DNA from: Chloroflexota bacterium
Lineage (GTDB): Bacteria; Chloroflexota; UBA6077; SHYK01
Assembly: GCA_009692845.1 (NCBI GenBank)
Contig: SHYK01000007.1
Coordinates: 6,631 to 70,630, forward strand
Reading direction: 5' to 3'
Length of the DNA stretch: 64,000 nucleotides
A model generated the notes under the pieces. That model did not search any database. It was not told the origin of the DNA and worked only from the letters and a program-made list of their open reading frames with translations. Shown in pieces: positions 28,481 to 37,714 of this stretch. The position numbers and the translations under genes are program-made. The stretch's first letter is position 1, and every line of letters begins with the position of its first letter.

Positions 28481-28933
28481 TACACGCATCCGATTTCGAC
28501 ACACTGATCCGGCACCATACCTGGGCCTACGAACGCCTCCTCGATACGGCGGCTCTCGTCCGGCCGGAGCGGTTGGCGACGGGCTCGCTTAGCCAGGGCA
28601 CCCTGTTCACAACCATGCGCTATGTGGCCGACGTGAGCCAATCCTGGGGAGAGCCGCCCGAGGCCAGCCCGACTACGGCGAGGAGAAACTGGAACGCGAG
28701 TTGGTTGATCTCGCCTCCCTCCGCGCCTTCTGGCTGGCGGAGGATGCCTAGCTGATCGCCTTCACCGCCTCACTGTCGACGACCGGCCCATCTTGTGGAA
28801 GCAGCGAAGCTACCAGATCTGGCAGATCCTCTTCCATATCACCAACCATCGCATGAACCACGGAAGCGAAATCGGCTGGCATTTGACAGGCTCGGGCACT
28901 CACTGGGCGAAATGGCTTCATGGCCTTCATTGA
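28432..28933 (+). pseudogene. DinB-family protein, degraded (two or more frameshifts plus an in-frame TAG)
   Basis: Frame 1 reads FDTLIRHHTWAYERLLDTAA...MRYVADVSQSW. Frame 2 reads GQPDYGEEKLERELVDLASLRAFWLAEDA-TAG(28749-28751)-LIAFTASL. Frame 3 reads DDRPILWKQRSYQIWQILFHITNHRMNHGSEIGWHLTGSG. Together they rebuild a DinB four-helix protein. Confidence 0.5.
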
Positions 28934-28995
28934 CCTACAGCCCCCAACTGGTAGTCGCGAGCTGGCATCTGCTCTCGCCTGTTCCGCGATGGGCA

Positions 28996-30327
28996 TCACC
29001 CTTCCCGGGAGGCAACCAGTGCGTGTTCGCTCGGTATACGCGGGCGGCGGCAGTTGTAGTAACCGAGCGCGGCGACGCAGTCGGCCAGAGCGAAAACCAG
29101 GATGACGATGCTGTAGCTCTGGGTGGTATCGAAGACCCAGCCGGCCAGCACCGGGCCGACTATCGATAGTGGGGTGGCTCCCACGCTGAGGATGCCCCAT
29201 AGACGAGCGTAGTGCGTGTAGCCAAAATAGTCGCCCAACAGGACCCGATTGAGGGTGTGCACCCCGATCGCGAAGCCATAACCAGCTACGAAAAGCCAGA
29301 TCGTCCAGCCCGCTCCCCCCACGAACAGGATCATCAGGGAGAGCGACTCGACAACCACGACGGCCGCTGCGACGAGGCGCCGCTCGAAATGATCGGCCAG
29401 ATAGCCAATCGCGATGGCCCCAATGATTCCCATGAACGCCAGCAGGCCCACCATGGTGCCCGCCTGGACGCTGCTTAACCCAAGATCCTGGAGCATCGGC
29501 GACAGGTGCAGCATCACGCCGCCCTGGACGAGCTGACGCAGTCCAAAAGACAAATTCAAGATCCAGAGCGTCGGGGTGCGGACCGCCTGCTTTAACGTGA
29601 AGCTGATCGTCGGCGGTCCCTCCAAATCGGGACCCTCCGTAGCCCCTTCCGGACGCTCAGATTCCAAAATCGGAAGGTCCCCGTCCGGGAGCAGTCCCAT
29701 ATCCGACGGCCGAGTACGCATCACCCGGGACAGCGGCACCGCGGTCACCAGGACGAATATGCCCGTGATTACCGCGGCCGTGCGCCAATCCCACAGGGCG
29801 ATCAGTAAAGCCAGCACGGGAGCCATGAGGAGCCCGCCCATCGACTGGGCCGCCATCCCTGTCCCCATCGCCCGCCCCTTGCCTCGAATGAACCAATTGT
29901 TGAGAGCAGCCCAGATCGGCGCAAAGCCCCCAATGCTGCCCCCCAGCGCCACCATGAGGCTCCAAGTCAGCACCAGGGTCAGAAGCGAGTTAGCAAACAG
30001 ACCGAACAGAATCAGTCCGACGCCCATCAGGCTCATGCCGAAAGCAATGGCCGGCCGGGGGCCGAATCGATCGATCGAGTAGCCCACGAAGAAGGCGAAG
30101 ATACTGTTCTCGAGGCGGGCGAACGACGTCGCGACCGAAGTCGCGGCATAGCTCAGCCCGAGGGCCGTGGACACCGGGACAAAGAAGATGGTCGCGGCAT
30201 AGCTGGAGACCCCCGAGGCCACACCCATGACGCCGCAGCCGGCCGCCAGCACCCACCACCCGTAGAACACCCGGGGGCGGCGACTGGAGCTCGGTCCTGG
30301 CTCGGTGGGAGCTTGGGCTATGGTCAT
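28996..30327 (-). CDS. MFS transporter (oxalate/formate antiporter-like)
   Basis: 443 aa and 12 TM-like segments, with FYGWWVLAAGCGVMGVASG...VGYSIDRFGPR. Confidence 0.85.
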   Translation of the reverse strand: MTIAQAPTEPGPSSSRRPRVFYGWWVLAAGCGVMGVASGVSSYAATIFFVPVSTALGLSYAATSVATSFARLENSIFAFFVGYSIDRFGPRPAIAFGMSLMGVGLILFGLFANSLLTLVLTWSLMVALGGSIGGFAPIWAALNNWFIRGKGRAMGTGMAAQSMGGLLMAPVLALLIALWDWRTAAVITGIFVLVTAVPLSRVMRTRPSDMGLLPDGDLPILESERPEGATEGPDLEGPPTISFTLKQAVRTPTLWILNLSFGLRQLVQGGVMLHLSPMLQDLGLSSVQAGTMVGLLAFMGIIGAIAIGYLADHFERRLVAAAVVVVESLSLMILFVGGAGWTIWLFVAGYGFAIGVHTLNRVLLGDYFGYTHYARLWGILSVGATPLSIVGPVLAGWVFDTTQSYSIVILVFALADCVAALGYYNCRRPRIPSEHALVASREG

Positions 30328-30382
30328 GGAGCGCCCCGCCTATTCAAAGCCGGTGCGCCTGAGGGTTCGGCTCAGGTCCTTA

Positions 30383-30925
30383 TCAGTCGCGCCCGCCCAC
30401 TCGAATGACCCGCTTGCCTTCGAGATCGAACCGGTTCCGCCAGATCGGCCCAACATAGCCGCGCACCACGAAGTTGAGCGCCGGTTCGGTGGTGGTGTTG
30501 TTCTGGTTGTGGATGCCCCAGGGCTCGATGACGTCCACATCTCCGGCCTTCATGACGTACTGACGAACCGGCTTGATCTCGGCATTGTCACCGTCGGAGC
30601 CGTCGTCCAGTCGCTCGTATCGAATCGTTTCGATCGCGCCTTTGCGCACCCCATACACCACCCAGTGCTCGCCGTGATCGTGGGGTCCCGTCTCATGCAT
30701 CGGCCCCGAAACGCCGGCGCTGATCTGGAAGAGGTCGTCGAGATCGTTGTAGACCCAGTGATCGGAGGGGGCGAGCCCCGGATCTCTCAGTGCTTCCCGC
30801 ATCTGGGCGGAGAGCTGGCGGAGCAGCTCGGACAGGGTGCTCGCCTGTTCAAAGCGGGCGCGGACTCCCTCCGCAAAGCTGGTCAACCCGGGTGTGGTTG
30901 TAGTCTCGACCGGTTCTCGCGACAT
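30383..30925 (-). CDS. Cupin-fold metalloprotein (cysteine-dioxygenase-like / COG5553-type), paralogue 1
   Basis: GPHDHGEHWVVYGVRKGAIETIRYERLDDG...IEPWGIHNQ. The SD gaaggagga precedes the ATG at 30925. Confidence 0.55.
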   Translation of the reverse strand: MSREPVETTTTPGLTSFAEGVRARFEQASTLSELLRQLSAQMREALRDPGLAPSDHWVYNDLDDLFQISAGVSGPMHETGPHDHGEHWVVYGVRKGAIETIRYERLDDGSDGDNAEIKPVRQYVMKAGDVDVIEPWGIHNQNNTTTEPALNFVVRGYVGPIWRNRFDLEGKRVIRVGGRD

Positions 30926-31135
30926 TTCGAATCCTCCTTCATGGCAGAAGCGCGAAATTATAGGCGCGGCACCAGGACACCGCATCAGCTCAACAAACCT
31001 GGCGGCACCGGGACCAGGTGCCGCGATGCGAAAGATGTCACAGCTCCTGACTAGAGGCCGAAACCTTTGGTGACGAATTCGCGCTCCTGTCGTTACTCAG
31101 TGTGCAGCTTCGCGAAAAGGAAACAAGGAGGTTTC

Positions 31136-31783
31136 ATGCGACATCGATTTTCCAGGCTTGCGGCGGTTCTCACCTTACTCGCAATGGGACTATCCCCGAC
31201 GGCTAGAGTCGTCGCGGCCGACACACTGCCGGTCGTCAGCATCAGGGCCAGCGACCGCACGGCCTCGGAGCCGGGGACGAATCCGGGCGCCTTCACCGTT
31301 ACCCGGACCGGCGATACGAGAACCTCCCTCACCGTGGGCTACACCGTATCCGGTACCGCTACTACCGGAGTCGATTACACCGCGCTTTCGGGCTCGGTCG
31401 TGATTCCAGCGGGCGCCCGCACCGCCACGATTCTCGTGACACCCCTGGACGACCTCACAATCGAGCGCCCCGAGACGGTCGTGGTTGCCCTCGCGACGAG
31501 CCTCCCCTACACGATCGGCACGCCCAGCGCTGCGATTATCCGCGTCCAAGACAACGACGGCAGGGAGCGCCGGGAGACCGAAGACGAGCGGCCCGGGTGG
31601 GGTCGGGGCGATGACAACCACGAGCACTTCGGACCTCCGGGCCTTGGTTGCCGCGCCACGGATTCCTGCAAAGATGATGATGATGACCGTGTGCTGAGCG
31701 CAGTCGGTTCACGTCATCAGGACAAGGACGACGCCCCTTCTGCCCACGGCCGTGGTCGCGAGCAGAGTCGCGGTCGCCGCTAG
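31136..31783 (+). CDS. Secreted Calx-beta-domain protein with a charged, low-complexity C-terminal tail
   Basis: A signal peptide MRHRFSRLAAVLTLLAMGLSPTARVVAA is present. PVVSIRASDRTASEPGTNPGAFTVTRTGDT...GTATTGVDYTALSGSVVIPAGARTATILVTPLDD is the Calx-beta pattern. The SD aaggagg is present. Confidence 0.65.
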   Translation: MRHRFSRLAAVLTLLAMGLSPTARVVAADTLPVVSIRASDRTASEPGTNPGAFTVTRTGDTRTSLTVGYTVSGTATTGVDYTALSGSVVIPAGARTATILVTPLDDLTIERPETVVVALATSLPYTIGTPSAAIIRVQDNDGRERRETEDERPGWGRGDDNHEHFGPPGLGCRATDSCKDDDDDRVLSAVGSRHQDKDDAPSAHGRGREQSRGRR

Positions 31784-31845
31784 AAGCTCTTTCGCGCGGT
31801 TACATCGCTGTCCTCTCTTCAGTCGAAGAGGGGGCAGCGACACGA

Positions 31846-32394
31846 TCAGGCGGCTGGGCCGCCGATTCGGGTGACCCGCCTCGTCTCCAGATCGAATTTA
31901 TTCCGCAAGTAGGTCGGGTTCGGATTACCCCTCAGCACGAAATCGAATGCCGTTTGGTCGGTAGCGTTCTTCTGGTTGTGGATGCCCCACGGCTCGATGG
32001 CATCGACGTCACCCGGGCCGAGCACGAATTGGTTGACCGAGCGCAGCTCGGCATAATCGGCGTCTGAGCCGTCATCCAAACGCTCGTAGCGGGTCGTCTC
32101 GAGCGCCCCTCGTCGGACCCCGTACACGACCCAGTGCTCGCCGTGGTCATGCGGCCCAGTGTCATTTCCTGGGGCCGAAGGACCGGCGTGGATCTGGAAA
32201 AGCTGGTGGGGATCCGTGTAGGACCAGCGCTCCCCCGGCAGAAACTGCGGGTCTCGCAACGCTTCGCGCATCTGCGTTGAAAGCTGCCTCAACAGCTCAG
32301 ACAACGTGGTGGCTCGCTCCATGCTGGCCTGCACCCCTTGAGTGAATCGTTCTAGGGTCGAGCCCGGTTCCATTTCGACTGCGTGCTCCGACAT
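31846..32394 (-). CDS. Cupin-fold metalloprotein, paralogue 2
   Basis: It is collinear with 30383..30925 (TLSELLRQLS.QMREALRDP...GPHDHGEHWVVYGVRRGALETTRYERLDDGSD...IEPWGIHNQ). The SD aaggaggg is present. Confidence 0.55.
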   Translation of the reverse strand: MSEHAVEMEPGSTLERFTQGVQASMERATTLSELLRQLSTQMREALRDPQFLPGERWSYTDPHQLFQIHAGPSAPGNDTGPHDHGEHWVVYGVRRGALETTRYERLDDGSDADYAELRSVNQFVLGPGDVDAIEPWGIHNQKNATDQTAFDFVLRGNPNPTYLRNKFDLETRRVTRIGGPAA

Positions 32395-32437
32395 GTCGCC
32401 CTCCTTGTTCGAGAACGCCGGATTATAGAGACGCGCG

Positions 32438-33592
32438 CTACCGTGAATGCCAAAATCGCTTGAGAATCGGCGTCTCAGGCGCACCCGGTGCCCGGGATTC
32501 GGACTGCCCGCAGGATTTCAACTGCCTGCGCTGACGGGGCGGCTGACGATCCATGAAAAATATGGCATGGATATTGCGTCTATCGTCCGTTCCGTCGAGC
32601 GCGCGTTCAAGCTCTATCCTGCCGATCACCTCTGGCTCAATCCCGATTGCGGTTTCGGCACCTTCTCCAATCGACCGGTGAATACATCGCAGCTGGCCTT
32701 TGAGAAGCTCCAAGCGATCGTCGCGGCGGCGGCCCAATTGCGAGCGCAACCCCGCAGCTAGCTGGGTTCTTGGCTCTCCCAGGCGGTGATGTGGCCGAAG
32801 GAGTTGGGCCCCCTCGTCACGGATGACGTGGGGCGGATCGACGTCTTCCGCCACATCGGAGATCGCCCGGTGGAGGACTCCGCGCAAAGCAACGATGCCC
32901 TCATCGGTCGGGGCCAGGAACTCGCGCGTGCGATCCATGATCGGGCCCTGGCTCTCGGCCAACCGGATGGAGTGCAGGACAAATTCGCCGGCCGGAGTCG
33001 TCCGGGGGTCCGCCGTCGAGTCGGGCCCATCGCTTAACCCACTGGTCGCCCCGTTGGACTGAGCTTGCTCGTCGGAGACCGGCCCGGTTCGCTGAAAGAC
33101 GAACACATAGCGCCAGTGGCTCAGGTCATCGATCGGTACGTGCCAGTGCACCGCATAACCCTCGATCTCCATACCGGGCAGGGTGGTAAGGCCGGGCAGC
33201 ACGAAGTCCCGCGTCTCGATCCGCGGGCGATGCTCTGTCCCAGGTTCGGAGCTCACCAGCCGGAACCCATATTCGGCGAGCTCGGAGGCGAGTGTCGTCT
33301 CGGCGATTCCGGCTGGCCCGCCTGGCTCAGCCGGGGGACCAAGGCGGCTGCGGAACAGCAGACGGGGGATCGGGTCCATCCCACCCTCAACCCCCTGGAG
33401 GTAATTGCATTGCACCGGGTAGCGGGCTACTCGCCGATTCGCTTCGGGTACCGAGAGAAAATCATAGGCTGGCAGCAGCGGGGGCTCGCCTGGCCCGAGA
33501 TAAGCGAACACGATACCCGCGCGTTCCAGAGCAGGGTAGGCGGGATGACGGGCGGCCTCCCGCAGCCCGCGTGACTGCGCTTCGATACGCAA
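32438..33592 (-). pseudogene. Rieske-type oxygenase alpha-subunit catalytic domain, lacking the N-terminal Rieske domain
   Basis: YPALERAGIVFAYLGPGEPPLLPAYDFLSV...VQCNYLQGVEGGMDP...HWHVPIDDLSHWRYVF...ESQGPIMDRTREFLAPTDEGI. No CxH...CxxH region precedes it. Homology seems to end near 32790, and the remaining ORF tail overlaps the MetE fragment antisense. Confidence 0.5.
32540..32761 (+). pseudogene. C-terminal fragment of a cobalamin-independent methionine synthase (MetE-like) family gene
   Basis: ...IASIVRSVERAFKLYPADHLWLNPDCGFGTFSNRPVNTSQLAFEKLQAIVAAAAQLR covers only about the last 70 aa of the fold. No upstream coding partner is possible because the cupin gene is on the other strand. Confidence 0.5.
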
Positions 33593-34213
33593 CGCATGTT
33601 CAACTTTCGATCCGCATGCGCATCTCCAGAATATTTATTTCTAGCTAATTTGATTAGCTAAGGCCAGTCGAGCCAGCAACATTCGTCAACCGCCTGCTTC
33701 TGAGAGCCCCCGGCGGGTCTTCCTGGCGATTTGGACCACCCGAAGCGTTTGCCACTCAGAATCGGGTCGCCCTTCGAGTTTGGATATACTTCCGCGCTGA
33801 ACTCGACTGGGGAAATCCCTCGCCTGCCATCCCGTGGTTGCGGCTGACACCAACCCGGTGAGGGCGCCGCCGTTCGGCGTAGCGCCCATCAGGCTCGAAC
33901 AACAGCCCTCCGGAGGTCGCCGTTGGATACACTCATCGTTGCGACCGTCGTCGTTGGCGCCGGCGCAGCTACTGTGGGCGCCTACCGGTTGTTTGCGAGA
34001 CGGCAGCCCAAGCCCGAGCCGCCCGACAAGGGGTCGGAGAAGGCCCTGGAATCTCGAACCGTTATTTCTTTCAAGCCGGATGCTGCTTCGGCAGAAGGCG
34101 GGTAGGCAAAGACGCCATTCTGACCGTGGAAGATCTGTCTGGACCGCTCGAAGGGATGGGGCTCCACCGCCATGAAGCGGTAATGGCCCTCTCTCTCATT
34201 CAAAATAAGCTGC

Positions 34214-34875
34214 TCAGCGACTCCAACGGAACAGTTGCCGAGGCGCCGAAGGAATCTGCTCGCAGCCCACTCCAAAGCCACCGAAGATCTCCGACAAGTG
34301 ATCCGACTGCACGCGTCTTCGGGAGACCTCCGGTGGTTGAACCTCGGCAGCTTGCTCTATGAAATCGTCGGTTGTGCCTCCGCGCAGGACCAGCCTCGGA
34401 TTCGTCGCCGCCTGGTGGAGGCAATCGACACTCTTGGGTTCGTCGTCGACCGAATAAAGTGGGTGACAGTTTTTGACAGTCGTGGTCGTCTGCTATATGT
34501 AACAGTGGGTCAGCCCGGCCGACGAGGTCAGGCGGTGGTGGCGCAGATACTGGACGGATTCCCCCAGGTCCATCGAGTTGATCTGGTAGCGCATGGAGAT
34601 ACGCTGGTCTAACGCAGCGAAGATGCCCAGGCAGCGCTCGGGCGAGGGTGGTCTGGGGCCGGCCAGCAACAACGCAAAGGGGTTCAGGGAGTCCATCTCC
34701 GCATTGGTCAAGAGGCGGATCTCTTCCAGTTGGTCGGGGCTCAGCAGGTGGACCTCATCCACGAATCGAGAACCACCCGGCGGCGACGCTCCTGCTCCTC
34801 GGCGGCCAGCAGGGTCTGGGCCCTGGCGATCAACTCGGCCTCATGGAAGCGGGGCAGGAGACGTAAATATAGGAG
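34214..34875 (-). pseudogene. ExeA/TniB-like AAA+ ATPase of a transposable element, decayed
   Basis: RFHEAELIARAQTLLAAEEQERRRRVVLD / (frameshift near 34763) / DEVHLLSPDQLEEIRLLTNAEMDSLNPFALLLAG...FAALDQRISMRYQINSMDLGESVQYLRHH / TAG at 34493 / HPLYSVDDEPKSVDCLHQAATNPRL. The Walker A N-terminus is missing. Confidence 0.5.
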
Positions 34876-34929
34876 CTACGCTAGTGAACTCAACAAGCGA
34901 TATTGCTCAGCAGTGACAACTTATGACAA

Positions 34930-35006
34930 TGGCGGGCTCGAGGGGATTCGAACCCCCGATCTCGGCCTTGACAGGGCCGCATGTTTGGCCACTACACCAC
35001 GAGCCC
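34930..35006 (-). tRNA. tRNA-Asp (anticodon GTC), CCA encoded
   Basis: Hand-folded cloverleaf with acceptor GGGCTCG/CGAGCCC and anticodon arm CGGCC-CTGTCAA-GGCCG. The T arm is GGGGG-TTCGAAT-CCCCT, the discriminator is G, and CCA is encoded. Confidence 0.9.
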
Positions 35007-35031
35007 TCGGTCGCCCATTCTAACACGGCCT

Positions 35032-35802
35032 TCACTCACCGGCTCGCCGTTTGCGCAACGCCTCAGTCGCGGCCAGGACCGCGAAAGCAGGCAGAGCGAG
35101 CTGCCGCCTCCAACGCCACGGCTCCTTCGCCAGCCGATATGCCCACTCCAGCTCCAGTCGGCGTACCCATTCCGGGGCCCGAGGCACTTGTCCGGACAAG
35201 AAATCCAGCACCCCGCCGACGCCCATCTGAACAGGGACGCCGGTCGCCGCCTGGTTGCGCTCGATCCAGCGTTCCTGGGCCCCACCTCCATAGGCCACCA
35301 ACAGGACCTGCACCTCGCCGGAGGCCGCGATCTGTTCGCGAATGGCCCGATCTTCGGATGGATCCGGGGCGCCGGCGTACGTCCCTGCGATCTGTAGCTT
35401 CGGGAAATCCTGGCCAAGTCGGGCCGCCGCCGCTTCCGCCACACCCGGCCGTCCGCCGACCAGAAACCAGCGCCAGCCTCGCTCGGCCGACCGCCGGGCG
35501 AGGCGCCGCACCAGATCCGTGCCCCGGACGTGGGCGCGCAGAGGGTGCCCGTTGGCGCGAGCGGCCAGCAGCAGGCCAATCCCGTCCGGGATCGCCAGGT
35601 CCGAACGGTTGAGCAAGGCCCGGTAACCAGGATCGCGTCGGGCCAACATCACAATCTCCGGATTGGGCGTCACCACTCGGCGCGCGACGCCCTCCTCGAC
35701 GAAGCGTTCCAGAAGCGCGAGGGCCTCGTCCTCGGTGACGTCGTGGATACGTACCCCGAGCACGTCTACTGCCGACAATAGAGCCTGAACCATGCGAGCC
35801 AT
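35032..35802 (-). CDS. WecB/TagA/CpsF family glycosyltransferase
   Basis: VLGVRIHDVTEDEAL...VVTPNPEIVMLARRD...DLAIPDGIGLLLAAR...LVAYGGGAQERW...GVGGVLDFLSGQVPRAP. Confidence 0.85.
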   Translation of the reverse strand: MARMVQALLSAVDVLGVRIHDVTEDEALALLERFVEEGVARRVVTPNPEIVMLARRDPGYRALLNRSDLAIPDGIGLLLAARANGHPLRAHVRGTDLVRRLARRSAERGWRWFLVGGRPGVAEAAAARLGQDFPKLQIAGTYAGAPDPSEDRAIREQIAASGEVQVLLVAYGGGAQERWIERNQAATGVPVQMGVGGVLDFLSGQVPRAPEWVRRLELEWAYRLAKEPWRWRRQLALPAFAVLAATEALRKRRAGE

Positions 35803-35867
35803 GATAGCAACGGCAGCGGGAATCCCTGGTAAAGTGGATCGTGGCCGGGAGGCGCTGACCAGAATCC

Positions 35868-36830
35868 ATGGCATATCTCGTGACGGGCCTGGGCTACATC
35901 GGCAGCGCAGTAGCTGCCCGCCTATTGGCCGACGGCGAGGAGGTCGTGGGCGTCGATAATTTCTTTTCCACCCAGCGTGAAGCTATCGGGCCGCTGGAGG
36001 CCGCCAGCCGGTTCCGCCTGGTTGCAGGCTCGTTAACCGATCCGACTGTCCTGGCAGAAGCATTCGACGGCCCGCCCATCGATACCTTGATTCAATTGGC
36101 CGGCCAGGCCAGCGCCCATGCAGCTGCCGCCTCCCTGGACTACACGGTGTCCACCAATATCCTCGGGATCCAACAACTCCTGCGCGCTTGCGCTTCCCAC
36201 CTGGTGCCGCGCGTCGTCTTGGCTAGCTCGATGCGGAACTACGCCCTCCCATTTCCGCGGCGGCTGACCGAGCGGGCGCCGCTCAATCCACCGGACATGG
36301 TGCATCTCTCCCAGTTCGTGGGCGAGACCCTTCTTGGCACGGTGCAGCACGAACACCCGGACTGGAACACCCGCGCCACCGCGGTCAGGATTGGCACGGT
36401 CCACGGAGTCGGGCCGGTCATGAAGACCGATCCCCATTTCCTGGCCGCGCCTCAGCTGTTCTGCTGGAAGGCGGCTCGTGGTGAGGAGCTCTACGTCAAT
36501 ACCGATCCGTCAGCGGTGCTCGCCTTCGTGCAGCTAACCGACGCCGTCGAAGGACTCATCCACTGTGCGGCTCAGTGCGAGGCGTCGCTGGTGAACCTGG
36601 CCACCGAAGTACGCTCGGTTCAGGAGGTGGCAGAAATCGTTCGCGATCTCGGCCGCCAGCGTGGGCTCGACATCCACATCGAAGCGTCCGGACGGGCGCG
36701 GCGTCCCGCCCGATGCACCATCGGCTCCGCCCTCGAGAACAGTGGGTTTCGGCCGAGTGGTCGCCTCGAGGACTCGCTGGGCGAGGTCCTGGACTATTAC
36801 CTGACCCTGCCCGTGATCTCGGAATCCTGA
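35868..36830 (+). CDS. NAD-dependent epimerase/dehydratase
   Basis: MAYLVTGLGYIGSAVAARLLADGEEVVGVDNF is a Rossmann GxxGxxG motif. Confidence 0.85.
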   Translation: MAYLVTGLGYIGSAVAARLLADGEEVVGVDNFFSTQREAIGPLEAASRFRLVAGSLTDPTVLAEAFDGPPIDTLIQLAGQASAHAAAASLDYTVSTNILGIQQLLRACASHLVPRVVLASSMRNYALPFPRRLTERAPLNPPDMVHLSQFVGETLLGTVQHEHPDWNTRATAVRIGTVHGVGPVMKTDPHFLAAPQLFCWKAARGEELYVNTDPSAVLAFVQLTDAVEGLIHCAAQCEASLVNLATEVRSVQEVAEIVRDLGRQRGLDIHIEASGRARRPARCTIGSALENSGFRPSGRLEDSLGEVLDYYLTLPVISES

Positions 36831-37714
36831 TGCGGGTGCTGGTCACGGGCGCTAGCGGCTTTATCGGCCGGCACCTGGTGAAAACGTTAGCGGCCGAGGG
36901 CCACACTTTGGTCACCGCCTCCCGGTCAGACGGCTCAGCTTCGGAAGAGCACGTCCGATATGACTTTGCTTCGGCGGAACCGTTCCCCGAGATTGCGCCG
37001 GTCGACGCCGTCGTGCATCTCGCCGCGCATAGCAGCGCATCTGACGGGCTGCCTGCGGACGAGATCGCTCGCGTCAACGTTCAAGGAACCTTGACGGCCC
37101 TGCTAGTCGCGCGTCGCAGCCATGCGCGATTCGTCCTGGCTTCGAGCCAACGAGTTTATCGGCCGGGCTCGCAGGCGATCTCCGAGGGCGGGCCCACCGA
37201 ACCCATCGACGTGTACGGCTATACCAAGCTGGCCGCCGAGCTCTACACCCAGATGACTGCGCGGCTTTTCGATGTGCCGGCCACGATCCCTCGCTTCTTC
37301 TCGGTGTATGGCCCTGGCCAGGTTGTCACCCAGGGGACCAGCGGCGTCGTTTCGATCCTCGCTCAACGCGCGCTGGCGGGTGCGCCGATGGTAGTGATGA
37401 CCAGGCAGCCCAAGGACTTCGTCGAAGTCTCGGATGCTGTACGCGGCATCATCCTCTGTCTGAGCGCCTGCCGCGTTCCGTCCCCGGCGTACAATATCGC
37501 CACCGGCGTGCCTACTTCGGTGCTCACGCTCGCACGCGAGATTCACACCTGGACCGGGAGCACCTCTCCGATTACTGAAGACTACTCGATAGACGAGCCC
37601 GGCGGTCTGGTGGCTGACATTGAGCGGGCTCGCCAAGAGCTTGGTTACGAGCCCAAGATCGGGCTCGCCGAAGGACTGTGCAACTATGTCAACTGGCTCC
37701 GCACCACTCGCTAA
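36830..37714 (+). CDS. NAD-dependent epimerase/dehydratase
   Basis: MRVLVTGASGFIGRHLVKTL...YGYTKLAAE is the SDR YxxxK motif. The ATG overlaps the upstream TGA (tgATG). Confidence 0.85.
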   Translation: MRVLVTGASGFIGRHLVKTLAAEGHTLVTASRSDGSASEEHVRYDFASAEPFPEIAPVDAVVHLAAHSSASDGLPADEIARVNVQGTLTALLVARRSHARFVLASSQRVYRPGSQAISEGGPTEPIDVYGYTKLAAELYTQMTARLFDVPATIPRFFSVYGPGQVVTQGTSGVVSILAQRALAGAPMVVMTRQPKDFVEVSDAVRGIILCLSACRVPSPAYNIATGVPTSVLTLAREIHTWTGSTSPITEDYSIDEPGGLVADIERARQELGYEPKIGLAEGLCNYVNWLRTTR

